Part shown: positions 17,684-26,100 of the stretch, in pieces
How positions within the stretch are numbered: position 1 is the stretch's first letter
Layout of the letters: the number at the start of each line of letters is the position of its first letter
Assembly: GCA_963692945.1 (NCBI GenBank)
Contig: OY843585.1
Coordinates: 300,001-332,000, forward strand
Reading direction: 5' to 3'
Source: Bdellovibrionales bacterium
GTDB taxonomy: Bacteria > Bdellovibrionota > Bdellovibrionia > Bdellovibrionales > UBA1609
DNA: 32,000 nucleotides
Translations under genes and position numbers: made by a program
The notes under the pieces: generated by a model
The model's database searches: none
Told to the model about the DNA's origin: nothing
The model's input: the letters and a program-made list of their open reading frames with translations, nothing else

Positions 17684-17872
17684 ATGAAAAATCTAACAAA
17701 CATTTTAAAACAAATCTGGAAAGATGAATCAGGTCAAGGGGCTACAGAGTATATTTTAATGCTAGTTGTAGTCGTTGGGATTGCTATTGCCTTTAAAGAA
17801 CCAATTAAAAACATCATTTCAGAAAAAACAATTGAATTAGGCAGCGAAGTAAGTAGTTTCACTAGCCAGTAA
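17684..17872 (+). CDS. flp: Flp family type IVb/IVc pilin
   Basis: 62 aa. ESG|QGATEYILMLVVVVGIAIAF places Glu at +5 and Tyr at +6. Strong RBS AAGGAGG. Confidence 0.85.
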   Translation: MKNLTNILKQIWKDESGQGATEYILMLVVVVGIAIAFKEPIKNIISEKTIELGSEVSSFTSQ

Positions 17873-17896
17873 ATTTTAACTTATTAAAAACTTCTG

Positions 17897-18097
17897 ATGG
17901 CTTTAGAGTATCTTCTTTTACTGTTTGTATCGGCTCTGCTTTTAGCGGGGTCTTTTGGTATGGAAACAGGGCCTGTAAAGATGTTTGCTGAATCCAGTCC
18001 CAAATTGGCTCATCATTTAGAAAGACGTCTCACCACAGGGGAGGGTTTTTTTGACCGAGACAAGGGAACTCAAAGATATGTGGGTTGGCGACGATGA
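17897..18097 (+). CDS. hypothetical Flp-like small protein lacking a leader peptide
   Basis: Starts MALEYLLLLFVSALLLAG. An in-frame stop at 17885-17887 leaves no room for a leader, and no SD sequence is visible. Confidence 0.4.
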   Translation: MALEYLLLLFVSALLLAGSFGMETGPVKMFAESSPKLAHHLERRLTTGEGFFDRDKGTQRYVGWRR

Positions 18098-18101
18098 TAA
18101 G

Positions 18102-18142
18102 TTGCTTTTTGCTTAAAAGGCTAAGAGTTAAGCAAAAAACAA
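18102..18142 (+). terminator. long AT-rich hairpin after the pilin genes (possible attenuator or processing site)
   Basis: ttgctttttgcttaa N11 ttaagcaaaaaacaa pairs at 14 of 15 positions. No clean T-run follows. Confidence 0.35.
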
Positions 18143-18297
18143 ATCAAATTCTTTGATAGTAAAACACCCATGTTCCATTGGACCCAAACAAAACTTTGAG
18201 GGATGGGTTGCTAAAAAAGATTTCTTGTTGAAACAAAAAGAGATTCTTTTACTTTTTAATCTATTGTTTATAATATAAAAAGAAGAGGTTTTTATAT

Positions 18298-18816
18298 ATG
18301 TTTCACTCCCCTCTTTTTGAATTTCTTTTGCCAACAGCTTTGTTACTCATTGCTGTTGTGGATGATTTGCGTTCACGAAAAATACACAATAAACTGATTT
18401 TGATTTTACTGCCCTTCTCGTTAAGTTTTGTCGTTTTATTAAAAGGACTCATTGGGTTAAAAGTGGGACTTATTTCTGCTCTTTTGGCTTTTGTGATAGG
18501 TGTCCCTTTAAATTTAGGTCGTGTCATAGGGGGCGGGGATTTAAAAGTTTTAATACTATTTGCTTTGACAGTGAATTGGATCACTCTTTCTTACTCTTTT
18601 TTCTATTCTCTTCCTTGGGCTTTGTTGTTGGGTGTTTTTAAAATCCTTTTTGATAAAAAGTTCAAAGATTTTTTATCCAACCTATTTCTTATTTTTCTTT
18701 TTAAACTCAAGAAAACAAACACAGAAAGTCTCCATACCATCCCTTTTTCTATTGCACTTTTACTAGGATGGTTGAGTTATTGTAGCTTAACAGGGGTTTT
18801 TTATGAAATTTTTTAA
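18298..18816 (+). CDS. cpaA: A24-family prepilin peptidase (CpaA/TadV type, no methyltransferase domain)
   Basis: Two catalytic Asp contexts, AVVDDLRSRKIHN and GGGDLKVL. 172 aa and polytopic. Confidence 0.85.
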   Translation: MFHSPLFEFLLPTALLLIAVVDDLRSRKIHNKLILILLPFSLSFVVLLKGLIGLKVGLISALLAFVIGVPLNLGRVIGGGDLKVLILFALTVNWITLSYSFFYSLPWALLLGVFKILFDKKFKDFLSNLFLIFLFKLKKTNTESLHTIPFSIALLLGWLSYCSLTGVFYEIF

Positions 18817-19075
18817 AGCCAAAAAGTTTTTGTTAAAAACTTCAAAGGGGCAGGTGACTGTAGAGTATATTCTCCTAGCTGTCACTTTACTGGTTTTAAT
18901 GCAAGTGGCTTTTAAACAAATCAAAGAGGGAGATTATTTGAAAGAGTTTGTTTCAGGTCCTAACCCAGTCATTGCAAATATGTTGGAAAATGGAGTTTGG
19001 AATATTGATTCCAAAAGTGCAAGAGAGCAACACCCCAACCATATTAAGAGGCATTTATCATGGGAACCTTTATAA
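18803..19075 (+). CDS. second Flp-type pilin / minor pilin (90 aa)
   Basis: TSKG|QVTVEYILLAVTLLVL. Overlaps the cpaA end by 14 nt and the next ORF by 16 nt. Confidence 0.7.
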   Translation: MKFFKAKKFLLKTSKGQVTVEYILLAVTLLVLMQVAFKQIKEGDYLKEFVSGPNPVIANMLENGVWNIDSKSAREQHPNHIKRHLSWEPL

Positions 19076-19641
19076 AAAACCAAAAAGGTGTTATCACTTT
19101 TCAATTTCTTGTGGTTTTAATTATCGTTTTATTTTTTATTATTTCGTTTTTTGGTCTGTGTCTCACCTTAGTGAATGGCAGTGCTGTTCAGTACTTAACT
19201 TATGCCTCAGCTAGAAAACTATCTCTAGGAGATAAGAGTTTGTCTTCACAAAAAGAAAACGCAGAAAGACATTATCTGGAGTTGAGACAAAAATTTTTCA
19301 AAAACAAATACAAATCTGAAGCTGAGTGGTTTAAAATTTCTGAAATTCCTGATTTAGGATTCAATAATGTTTATACAGATAGCCATTACAGAAAAATATT
19401 TTATGGGGCCTCAGCAGAGTTTATTTCCACTCGCACAAACTTTAAAATACCTTTTTTAACAGATCAAGATGATGGAAAGCTTAAGACAACAGTGGCTTCT
19501 TATCTTGGTAGAGAAGTTACAAAAAACGAATGCGAAACTTTTAACGAACGAAGGATGATTGAAATCTGTGCGATTTACAACGACATAGGTGGAACAGCTT
19601 GTAGATCACCACAAAAGACACCTGGTGATAATGGTTGCTAA
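19060..19641 (+). CDS. TadE-like pseudopilin (Gln instead of Glu at +5)
   Basis: NQKG|VITFQFLVVLIIVLFFIISFFG N-terminus of TadE type. Cys-containing C-terminus ends GDNGC. Confidence 0.65.
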   Translation: MGTFIKNQKGVITFQFLVVLIIVLFFIISFFGLCLTLVNGSAVQYLTYASARKLSLGDKSLSSQKENAERHYLELRQKFFKNKYKSEAEWFKISEIPDLGFNNVYTDSHYRKIFYGASAEFISTRTNFKIPFLTDQDDGKLKTTVASYLGREVTKNECETFNERRMIEICAIYNDIGGTACRSPQKTPGDNGC

Positions 19642-19684
19642 GTCTATGAAAAACTAAAAGGATTATGAAAAAATAGGAAAAGAA

Positions 19685-20275
19685 ATGAAAAAACAACTCA
19701 TTCAACAGATGAATTTTGTAGGGAACAATAAAGGAATTGCTTTGTTTGAAATGCTTCCCCTGCTTGTTGTTTTTGTCGCTCTTGTTGGATTGACGGTGGG
19801 ACTATGGGGAGCTGTTCACTCTGGAGTGTTACAATCTATAGCGGCAAGGCACTATGCTTTTGAAATTATAAATAATCGCTCTCACTTTGAATACCATAGA
19901 GATTATAACCCAGGAGAACCTTCCCCTTCTCCCTTTATGTATAATAATTCTGAGTTTGCAATAGTAGAAAAAGATTATTATGGAGATGTGGGGTCCAGAT
20001 TATTTTATATTACTTCGTCAAAAATAGAGAGTGAAGATGAGCCTTATGTCCCCCTTAGAGGAATCAATTTTTTTGAAGAGATAAAACGAGCTTATAATGA
20101 GAATCCTAAAGGTATCATTCCCTTTCAAGAAAAAACAGCGTCGGCAGAGTTTCATAGAGACTCTTCAGATGATGACCCCCCTGAGCGTGTAAATCCCTTG
20201 TGGTTAATGACGGGTTATGGAATTTGTATAGATTGTCCTTGTGGAGAAGATGGTGGAGATGCTGATTGCAACTAG
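19685..20275 (+). CDS. TadE/TadF-like pseudopilin
   Basis: NNKG|IALFEMLPLLVVFVALVG with Glu at +5. Cys-rich acidic C-terminus CIDCPCGEDGGDADCN. Confidence 0.65.
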   Translation: MKKQLIQQMNFVGNNKGIALFEMLPLLVVFVALVGLTVGLWGAVHSGVLQSIAARHYAFEIINNRSHFEYHRDYNPGEPSPSPFMYNNSEFAIVEKDYYGDVGSRLFYITSSKIESEDEPYVPLRGINFFEEIKRAYNENPKGIIPFQEKTASAEFHRDSSDDDPPERVNPLWLMTGYGICIDCPCGEDGGDADCN

Positions 20276-20284
20276 CTTACAAAA

Positions 20285-20387
20285 CTCTAGTTCAATTCTA
20301 ATGCCCTTTTCTTTTTAGGAGATTTTCGTCGTAGGAGCTCCTCAAACACCTAAAAAGAAAAGGGTTCTTACTTATAGTGAACTAGAG
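20285..20387. repeat. nested palindromic repeat element (copy B, intact)
   Basis: Outer perfect 10-bp stem ctctagttca / tgaactagag. Inner perfect 16-bp stem cccttttctttttagg (20304-20319) / cctaaaaagaaaaggg (20349-20364). The central loop contains the 10-bp palindrome aggagctcct (20333-20342). The element starts 10 nt after the stop of the upstream gene. Confidence 0.85.
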
Positions 20388-20569
20388 AAAAACACGGTTT
20401 TTCGCAGCTAGACAAAGGTCTGTGCTATCCCTTCCATTAAAAAACAAATAAAAGCCTTTTTTATCCATAATTACTCTTAATAAAAACTCTTATTTTACCG
20501 ATAAATCTTAAAGAGAAAAGGATTTTATAAAAGAGATATCCTTGTCTTTTAAAATCAGGAGGATTCACT

Positions 20570-21388
20570 ATGAATAAAAATGAAACATTAACTTTATGGC
20601 TGAGTATTGGAGCTGCTATTTTTGCTGTGGTTTTACTTTACAGTTACACACAGAAAAAAAGTGCTGAAATTGCAAAAACTTTTGGAGTTCAAACCACAGT
20701 TGTTGTTGCTACAAAAGACATCAATGAGATGCAAACAGTTCAAGAAAATATGGTGGAGCTTAGACAAATTCCTGAAAACTTTGTTCAACCAGGTCACATC
20801 AAAGAATTGGAAGGAATAGTTGGTTTAGTGGCTCTTGCTCCTATTGACAAGGACGAACAGATTTTAAGAAATAAAATCATAAAGCCCGGACCTGAAACAG
20901 GTTTATCTTTACAAGTTTCCCCTGGAAAAAGAGCGGTCACTATTCCTGTGGATGGAGTTCGTGGAGTGGCAAAACTTTTAAAACCAGGAGATCGTGTTGA
21001 TGTGGTTGCAGCTTTAGATTTAAATACAGGGACTGTTCAAAAAAGATTTATAAAGACTTTGTTACAAGATATTGTCATTTTAGCAACAGGGGTTCAAATT
21101 GTTAATGAACTTCCTCGCATCCATGAGGAGATAGGTGGGGAAAGTTACACTAGAAATTTAAGAACAGAAAATAAATTTTCAACTGTGACTATTGAAACTC
21201 CTCCCCAAGAAGCTCAAAAATTGATTTACATTTTATCCACAAATCCCAGCTCTATATTTTTGACTTTAAGACATCCTTCGGATAACAGCCACATGGCTTT
21301 AAAGCAAGCGGACTTATCTAGTGTGTTGGGAGCAGGAGTGGTCAGAAGGCCTGCTTCTAAATCAAAATCTTTAAATTTAGGAAGGTAG
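20570..21388 (+). CDS. cpaB: Flp pilus assembly protein CpaB/RcpC
   Basis: N-terminal TM, a SAF-like segment (VVVATKDINEMQTV...), then an RcpC-like beta domain. RBS AGGAGG. Positioned before the secretin. Confidence 0.8.
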   Translation: MNKNETLTLWLSIGAAIFAVVLLYSYTQKKSAEIAKTFGVQTTVVVATKDINEMQTVQENMVELRQIPENFVQPGHIKELEGIVGLVALAPIDKDEQILRNKIIKPGPETGLSLQVSPGKRAVTIPVDGVRGVAKLLKPGDRVDVVAALDLNTGTVQKRFIKTLLQDIVILATGVQIVNELPRIHEEIGGESYTRNLRTENKFSTVTIETPPQEAQKLIYILSTNPSSIFLTLRHPSDNSHMALKQADLSSVLGAGVVRRPASKSKSLNLGR

Positions 21389-21401
21389 TTAGAAAGAGAG
21401 T

Positions 21402-22892
21402 ATGAAAGATATTTTTAAAAAACTAGTTTTCTTTTCTTCTTTGTTTTTTTTCTATGCTCATAGTGTAGATGTGAATAAAGACATAGAATTTTTAAGTCTT
21501 TCTGTAGGGTTTCAATACGAGCATAAGCTTCTTAAATCCCTTCGTGGGAAAAGATTAAAATTTGAAGGAACTTATTACAGATATGCTCCAGTGACCTTTA
21601 ATAAAAAAGAAAACACATTGCTATTTAACCCTAAACGTAAAGGAACAGGGACTCTTATTATAAAAAACACTAGAAATAAAATTTTACACAAAATCAATGT
21701 TGATGTTAAAAAGGTAAATCTTCATAAATTGGCGAAAGAGATTGGTGATTTACTCATCACTATTGATGGAATAGAAATCAAAATTTTAAATAACAAAGTG
21801 GTTATAGATGGAGAGGTTTTATTACCAAAAGAGATGGATCGTATTGATACTATTGTTAACGAATACAAAAAAATTTATGTGACATCCTTAGTGACTCTTA
21901 GTCCAAAAGCTCAAGTCCAACTCGCTCGCCTTATTGAAAAAAAGATAGGTTATTTAACTCCTCCTGATGAAGTGAGAGTCACGGCCACTCACAACCGGTT
22001 TGTTTTAGAAGGAGAAGTGGGATCGCAAGAACAAAGGGCAAGAGCCGAATTGATTGCCAACTTATACACACAATATGATGCTGAAAAAACATCTATCAGA
22101 AGAAAGCAGGTTAGTTTAGTGACAAATCTGATTCAATTGCGTCCAACAAAGCCACCAGACAAAAGAAAAAAAATTATACAAGTTGTTGTTCATTATGTTG
22201 ATCTTCAAAAAAGTTATGATAAAGGATTTTCTTTTCAATGGACACCTCAAATCACTGACAACACAGGTGTAACAGCCCGAATTGGAGGTAATGGTGGTTT
22301 AGGATTAACCTCTGCTATAACGGCTACAATCAGTAATTTTTTTCCTAAGCTCAATTGGGCTAAAAGTTTTAATTTTGCAAGAGTTCTTCACAGTTCTAAT
22401 CTGACTCTTGAAGAGGGTGTCGGTGGAACTATATCAACCACAGAACAAGTCCCTTACACAGTAAGAAAAGGCGATGGAGAATTGAGTGTGGCCACGGCTC
22501 AAGCAACAATTAGCACAGAAATTAAACCAACAATCATAGGGCTTAGGAAAGACACGGTTCATATGGAGGTTAATGTTACAATTGGAAGTTTCGCTGGATC
22601 CGTAGCTAATGGAAATCCTATTACAAATACAAGAAAGATTAAAACCTCTTTACATGTGAGGGGAGGTCTAAGTGCTGTCCTTGGTGGGCTTATCCGGTCT
22701 TCTCTATCTCAAGATTATAACCGACTTCCTAGTGGATCCGTAGCACAAACACCAATTATAAATTTGGTATCTTCTAAAAAATACGACACTTCTAAAAGTC
22801 AATTTGTTGTGTTCATCACTCCCTTTATTAAAGGGACAGCTTCTGCTGGAGTGGAAAGTATTAAAAGAAAATTTAAAGTGGATGGAAATTAG
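21402..22892 (+). CDS. cpaC: Tad secretin CpaC/RcpA
   Basis: Signal peptide. C-terminal secretin signature GGLIRSS...LPSGS..TPIINLVSS...SQFVVFITPFI. Confidence 0.85.
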   Translation: MKDIFKKLVFFSSLFFFYAHSVDVNKDIEFLSLSVGFQYEHKLLKSLRGKRLKFEGTYYRYAPVTFNKKENTLLFNPKRKGTGTLIIKNTRNKILHKINVDVKKVNLHKLAKEIGDLLITIDGIEIKILNNKVVIDGEVLLPKEMDRIDTIVNEYKKIYVTSLVTLSPKAQVQLARLIEKKIGYLTPPDEVRVTATHNRFVLEGEVGSQEQRARAELIANLYTQYDAEKTSIRRKQVSLVTNLIQLRPTKPPDKRKKIIQVVVHYVDLQKSYDKGFSFQWTPQITDNTGVTARIGGNGGLGLTSAITATISNFFPKLNWAKSFNFARVLHSSNLTLEEGVGGTISTTEQVPYTVRKGDGELSVATAQATISTEIKPTIIGLRKDTVHMEVNVTIGSFAGSVANGNPITNTRKIKTSLHVRGGLSAVLGGLIRSSLSQDYNRLPSGSVAQTPIINLVSSKKYDTSKSQFVVFITPFIKGTASAGVESIKRKFKVDGN

Positions 22893-22902
22893 AAGGTGTT
22901 AA

Positions 22903-25161
22903 GTGCTTAAAAAGAACTCTCATATCATAGCTTTTGTTGGAGGAAAAGGAGGCGTAGGGAAAAGTATTCTTACAGCCAACTTGGCCTTAGCTTCACAAAA
23001 AGAATTTCAAGCCCCTACTCTTTTAATAGATTTAGATAGTAAGAGTTGTGGGGATCAAAATATTATTTTAGGACTACGATCTAAATTGAATGTTGAGCAA
23101 TTTAGCACTTACAAACAATCTTTGACTTCAGAAAACTTAAAAAAAATTCTAGCCTATCATCAAACGGGCATGGCTTATTTAAGTGCTGTTACAGATGCCG
23201 ATCAAAAACTAAATGGACCCGCTCATCTTTTTCAAAAACAAGTGTATCATTTGTCTCAATCTTTCAATTATATTTTTGTAGATTTAGGATGTGATATAGG
23301 GGAATTGCAAAAAACCATTTTAGACTTAGCCAGTGTTGTTTTAGTTGTTGTAACTCCTGAAATTTTAGCTGTTAATCAAACCAAAAGAATTTTAAATGAA
23401 TTGTCTTATTTGCCGTCCTCTCTTTTTCATATTCTGTTAAATAAGGTCAACCGATCCAGTTTAAACTCTTCTATCATTCAACGGACTTTGTCTCATTCTA
23501 TTTTTGCTTCTTTTCCAGAAGATATAGGGGTTTCTGAAAGTCTTCATCAATCTCAACCTTTTGTTATTTCTCAATCCCAATCGGTTTACGCTAAAAATTG
23601 TCAAGATGTTATAAGGAAATTAAACTCAGGCATTTTGTTAAGAGGAAAAAATCTTGGTAGGAAATCAGCTCCTCCTGCCAGTTCAAAAAATCTTATAGAT
23701 TCTAAACTTGATAAAACGGATTTAAATAATAAAGCCATGAATCCATTGACTTTATTAAAGATGCAAATTCATTCGGAGCTTATCAAAGAGATGGATTTAA
23801 AAAAAGATTTAACTCAAGCAAAAGATGAAAGTGCAAAAAATGAACTGAGACAAAAAACACAAACCGTGATTGCTCGTCTTGTAGATTTAAGAGGAGAAGG
23901 GTTAAGTCGTGAAGAAAGAAATCAAGTCATTAAACAAGTTTTAAATGAATCTCTAGGTCTTGGTATTTTAGAAGATCTTTTAGAAGATAAATCTATTTCT
24001 GAGATTATGATTAACGGCTGTGATAAAATTTATTATGAAAAAAATGGGAGACTGCAATTAAGCCCCTATACAATAACTTCTAACTTACATCTTAAAAATA
24101 TTGTGGAAAGGATTGTGACTCCTTTGGGTCGTCGTATTGATGAAAAGACTCCTTATGTTGATGCAAGACTTGCTGACGGGAGTCGTGTTCACGCCATTAT
24201 AGAACCTTTGGCTATGGATGGGCCCACTATCACTATTAGAAAGTTTCCAAGTGAACAAATTAAAATGAAAGATTTAGTTTATAGATTTCAATCCATTACA
24301 GAAGAGATGGCCAATTTCTTAAAAATCTGTGTAGAGCAAGGATTAAATATCATTATATCAGGGGGAACAGGTTCTGGTAAGACAACTTTTTTAAATGTTT
24401 TGTCTGGATTTATTCCAACAAAAGAAAGAATCATCACAGTTGAGGATGCAGCGGAATTACAACTCAACCAAGAGCATGTTGTTCGTTTAGAAACTCGTCC
24501 AGCAAATATAGAGGGAACGGGGGAAGTGAGTATAAGAGATTTAATTAAAAACACTTTGCGTATGCGTCCAGATAGAATTGTTGTCGGAGAATGTAGAGAT
24601 GGTGCTGCTTTAGATATGCTTGCCGCTATGAATACGGGTCATGATGGTTCTTTAACGACAGTTCATGCCAACAATCCAAGAGAAGCAGTGGCTCGGTTAG
24701 AAACACTTTGTTTAATGGCTGGTATGGATTTACCAGCAAAGGCAATAAGAGAACAAATTGCTGGAGCCGTTAATTTGATTGTTCAAATTGGACGATTAAG
24801 TGATGGTTCTAGAAAGATAAAAAATATTACGGAAGTTGTGGGTATGCAAGGAGATGTCGTAACACTTCAAGAGGTTTTTAAATTTAAAGAAGAAGGTTAC
24901 ACAAAAGACAGAAAAGTTATAGGACAGTTCCAAGCTTCGGGTATTATCCCAAGTTTTATAGATAAATTTGAACAAAGAGGTATCACAATTCCAAGAGGGC
25001 TTTTTACAACACAATCTTCTCAGTCTTTAAAAAAGCCTCCTATCAATTTACGAAAACCTTTCTCAAAAAATAAAGAAGTGGTTGCACAAAAGCCAGAACA
25101 AAAAAAGCCTCAAGTTTCGTTAAAAAAATCCACTCCTAAAATAATTAAAAAAGGTGCTTAA
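22903..25161 (+). CDS. cpaF: fusion of a MinD/ParA-type (CpaE/TadZ-like) ATPase domain with the CpaF/TadA secretion ATPase
   Basis: GTG start with RBS AGAAGG. Deviant Walker A FVGGKGGVGKS lies at residues 11-21. The CpaF part carries Walker A GGTGSGKTT (nt 24361-24387), VGECRDGAALDMLAAMNTGHDGSLTTVHAN, and a K/P-rich tail of about 50 aa. A single uninterrupted 752-aa ORF. Confidence 0.85.
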   Translation: MLKKNSHIIAFVGGKGGVGKSILTANLALASQKEFQAPTLLIDLDSKSCGDQNIILGLRSKLNVEQFSTYKQSLTSENLKKILAYHQTGMAYLSAVTDADQKLNGPAHLFQKQVYHLSQSFNYIFVDLGCDIGELQKTILDLASVVLVVVTPEILAVNQTKRILNELSYLPSSLFHILLNKVNRSSLNSSIIQRTLSHSIFASFPEDIGVSESLHQSQPFVISQSQSVYAKNCQDVIRKLNSGILLRGKNLGRKSAPPASSKNLIDSKLDKTDLNNKAMNPLTLLKMQIHSELIKEMDLKKDLTQAKDESAKNELRQKTQTVIARLVDLRGEGLSREERNQVIKQVLNESLGLGILEDLLEDKSISEIMINGCDKIYYEKNGRLQLSPYTITSNLHLKNIVERIVTPLGRRIDEKTPYVDARLADGSRVHAIIEPLAMDGPTITIRKFPSEQIKMKDLVYRFQSITEEMANFLKICVEQGLNIIISGGTGSGKTTFLNVLSGFIPTKERIITVEDAAELQLNQEHVVRLETRPANIEGTGEVSIRDLIKNTLRMRPDRIVVGECRDGAALDMLAAMNTGHDGSLTTVHANNPREAVARLETLCLMAGMDLPAKAIREQIAGAVNLIVQIGRLSDGSRKIKNITEVVGMQGDVVTLQEVFKFKEEGYTKDRKVIGQFQASGIIPSFIDKFEQRGITIPRGLFTTQSSQSLKKPPINLRKPFSKNKEVVAQKPEQKKPQVSLKKSTPKIIKKGA

Positions 25162-26039
25162 TGGACAGTTTATTTTCTAATTCTTTGGTTTTTAGTTTAG
25201 TCATTGGGTGTTTAGTCTTCATTTGTTCTTACTGTTGGTCTGATAAAATTTTGCAGTTTTTCTCTACAAAAACAGTGGGTTCTCAAGAAGAGATTTTAGA
25301 CCTTATGGATAAACTTTTTATCTCACAAAAAAAAGAGATTATAGTAAGGAACTGTTGGATACTTTCTAGCTCTTTAGGTCTCGCTTTCTTTTTAATGATT
25401 TGGCCTAATGTTCTCTTCAGTCTTATTGCTGGAGCTTTTGTATTTTTAGGAACATGGGTAGGAATTAAACTTGTGCTTCAACAGCTTTGGCAGAGTCATT
25501 GTGATAAAGTTGTTTCTCAAATGGTAGAAGCCCTTACCATTATGTGTAATAGTTTAAAAGTAGGGTTAAGCTTGCCTCAAGCGATGGATAGAGTGATTAA
25601 GGGTTATCCTGGACCTTTAGCGAGAGAATTTCGTTTGGCTCTTAATAAAATGCAACTGGGTCAAAGTTTGGAAGAGTCTTTAACAGAAATGGGAGTAAGG
25701 TTGCAGCGTCCAGACATTGATATGTTGGTAAGCACGATTAATATTTTAAAAGAATCAGGTGGAAATTTAGCAGAAACTTTTTTCATTATGTCAGAGACTA
25801 TAAGGTCAAGACAGAAAATGGATAAAAAAATAAAAGCTTTAACAGCTCAAGGTATGATGCAGGCTAAAATCATGTCTTGCCTGCCTTTTTTATTACTTGG
25901 TGTTTTCTATTTTATGGATAAGGCCTACATTCTTCCCTTGTTGACTAAGCCTTTAGGCTGGGTTTGTTTATTTTTTGTTTTTGTTTTAGTTCTAGTTGGT
26001 TGGTTTATGATGAAAAAAATGGTTGAAATCAAAGTCTAA
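25161..26039 (+). CDS. tadB: Tad platform protein TadB (T2SSF domain)
   Basis: LKVGLSLPQAMDRV, GGNLAETF, and KIKALTAQGMMQAKIMSCLPFLL. 1-nt overlap (TAATG) with the ATPase gene. Confidence 0.8.
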   Translation: MDSLFSNSLVFSLVIGCLVFICSYCWSDKILQFFSTKTVGSQEEILDLMDKLFISQKKEIIVRNCWILSSSLGLAFFLMIWPNVLFSLIAGAFVFLGTWVGIKLVLQQLWQSHCDKVVSQMVEALTIMCNSLKVGLSLPQAMDRVIKGYPGPLAREFRLALNKMQLGQSLEESLTEMGVRLQRPDIDMLVSTINILKESGGNLAETFFIMSETIRSRQKMDKKIKALTAQGMMQAKIMSCLPFLLLGVFYFMDKAYILPLLTKPLGWVCLFFVFVLVLVGWFMMKKMVEIKV

Positions 26040-26100
26040 GACTTCACAATAAGAGAAGAAAGTTTTACAATGAAATCCTAACCTTAGGAGAGTTGTTATT

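Noticed and set aside
18128-18334. 68-aa minus-strand ORF in the flp-cpaA gap
   Set aside because: It overlaps the hairpin and the cpaA start, has no RBS and no motifs, and would be transcribed against the surrounding operon.
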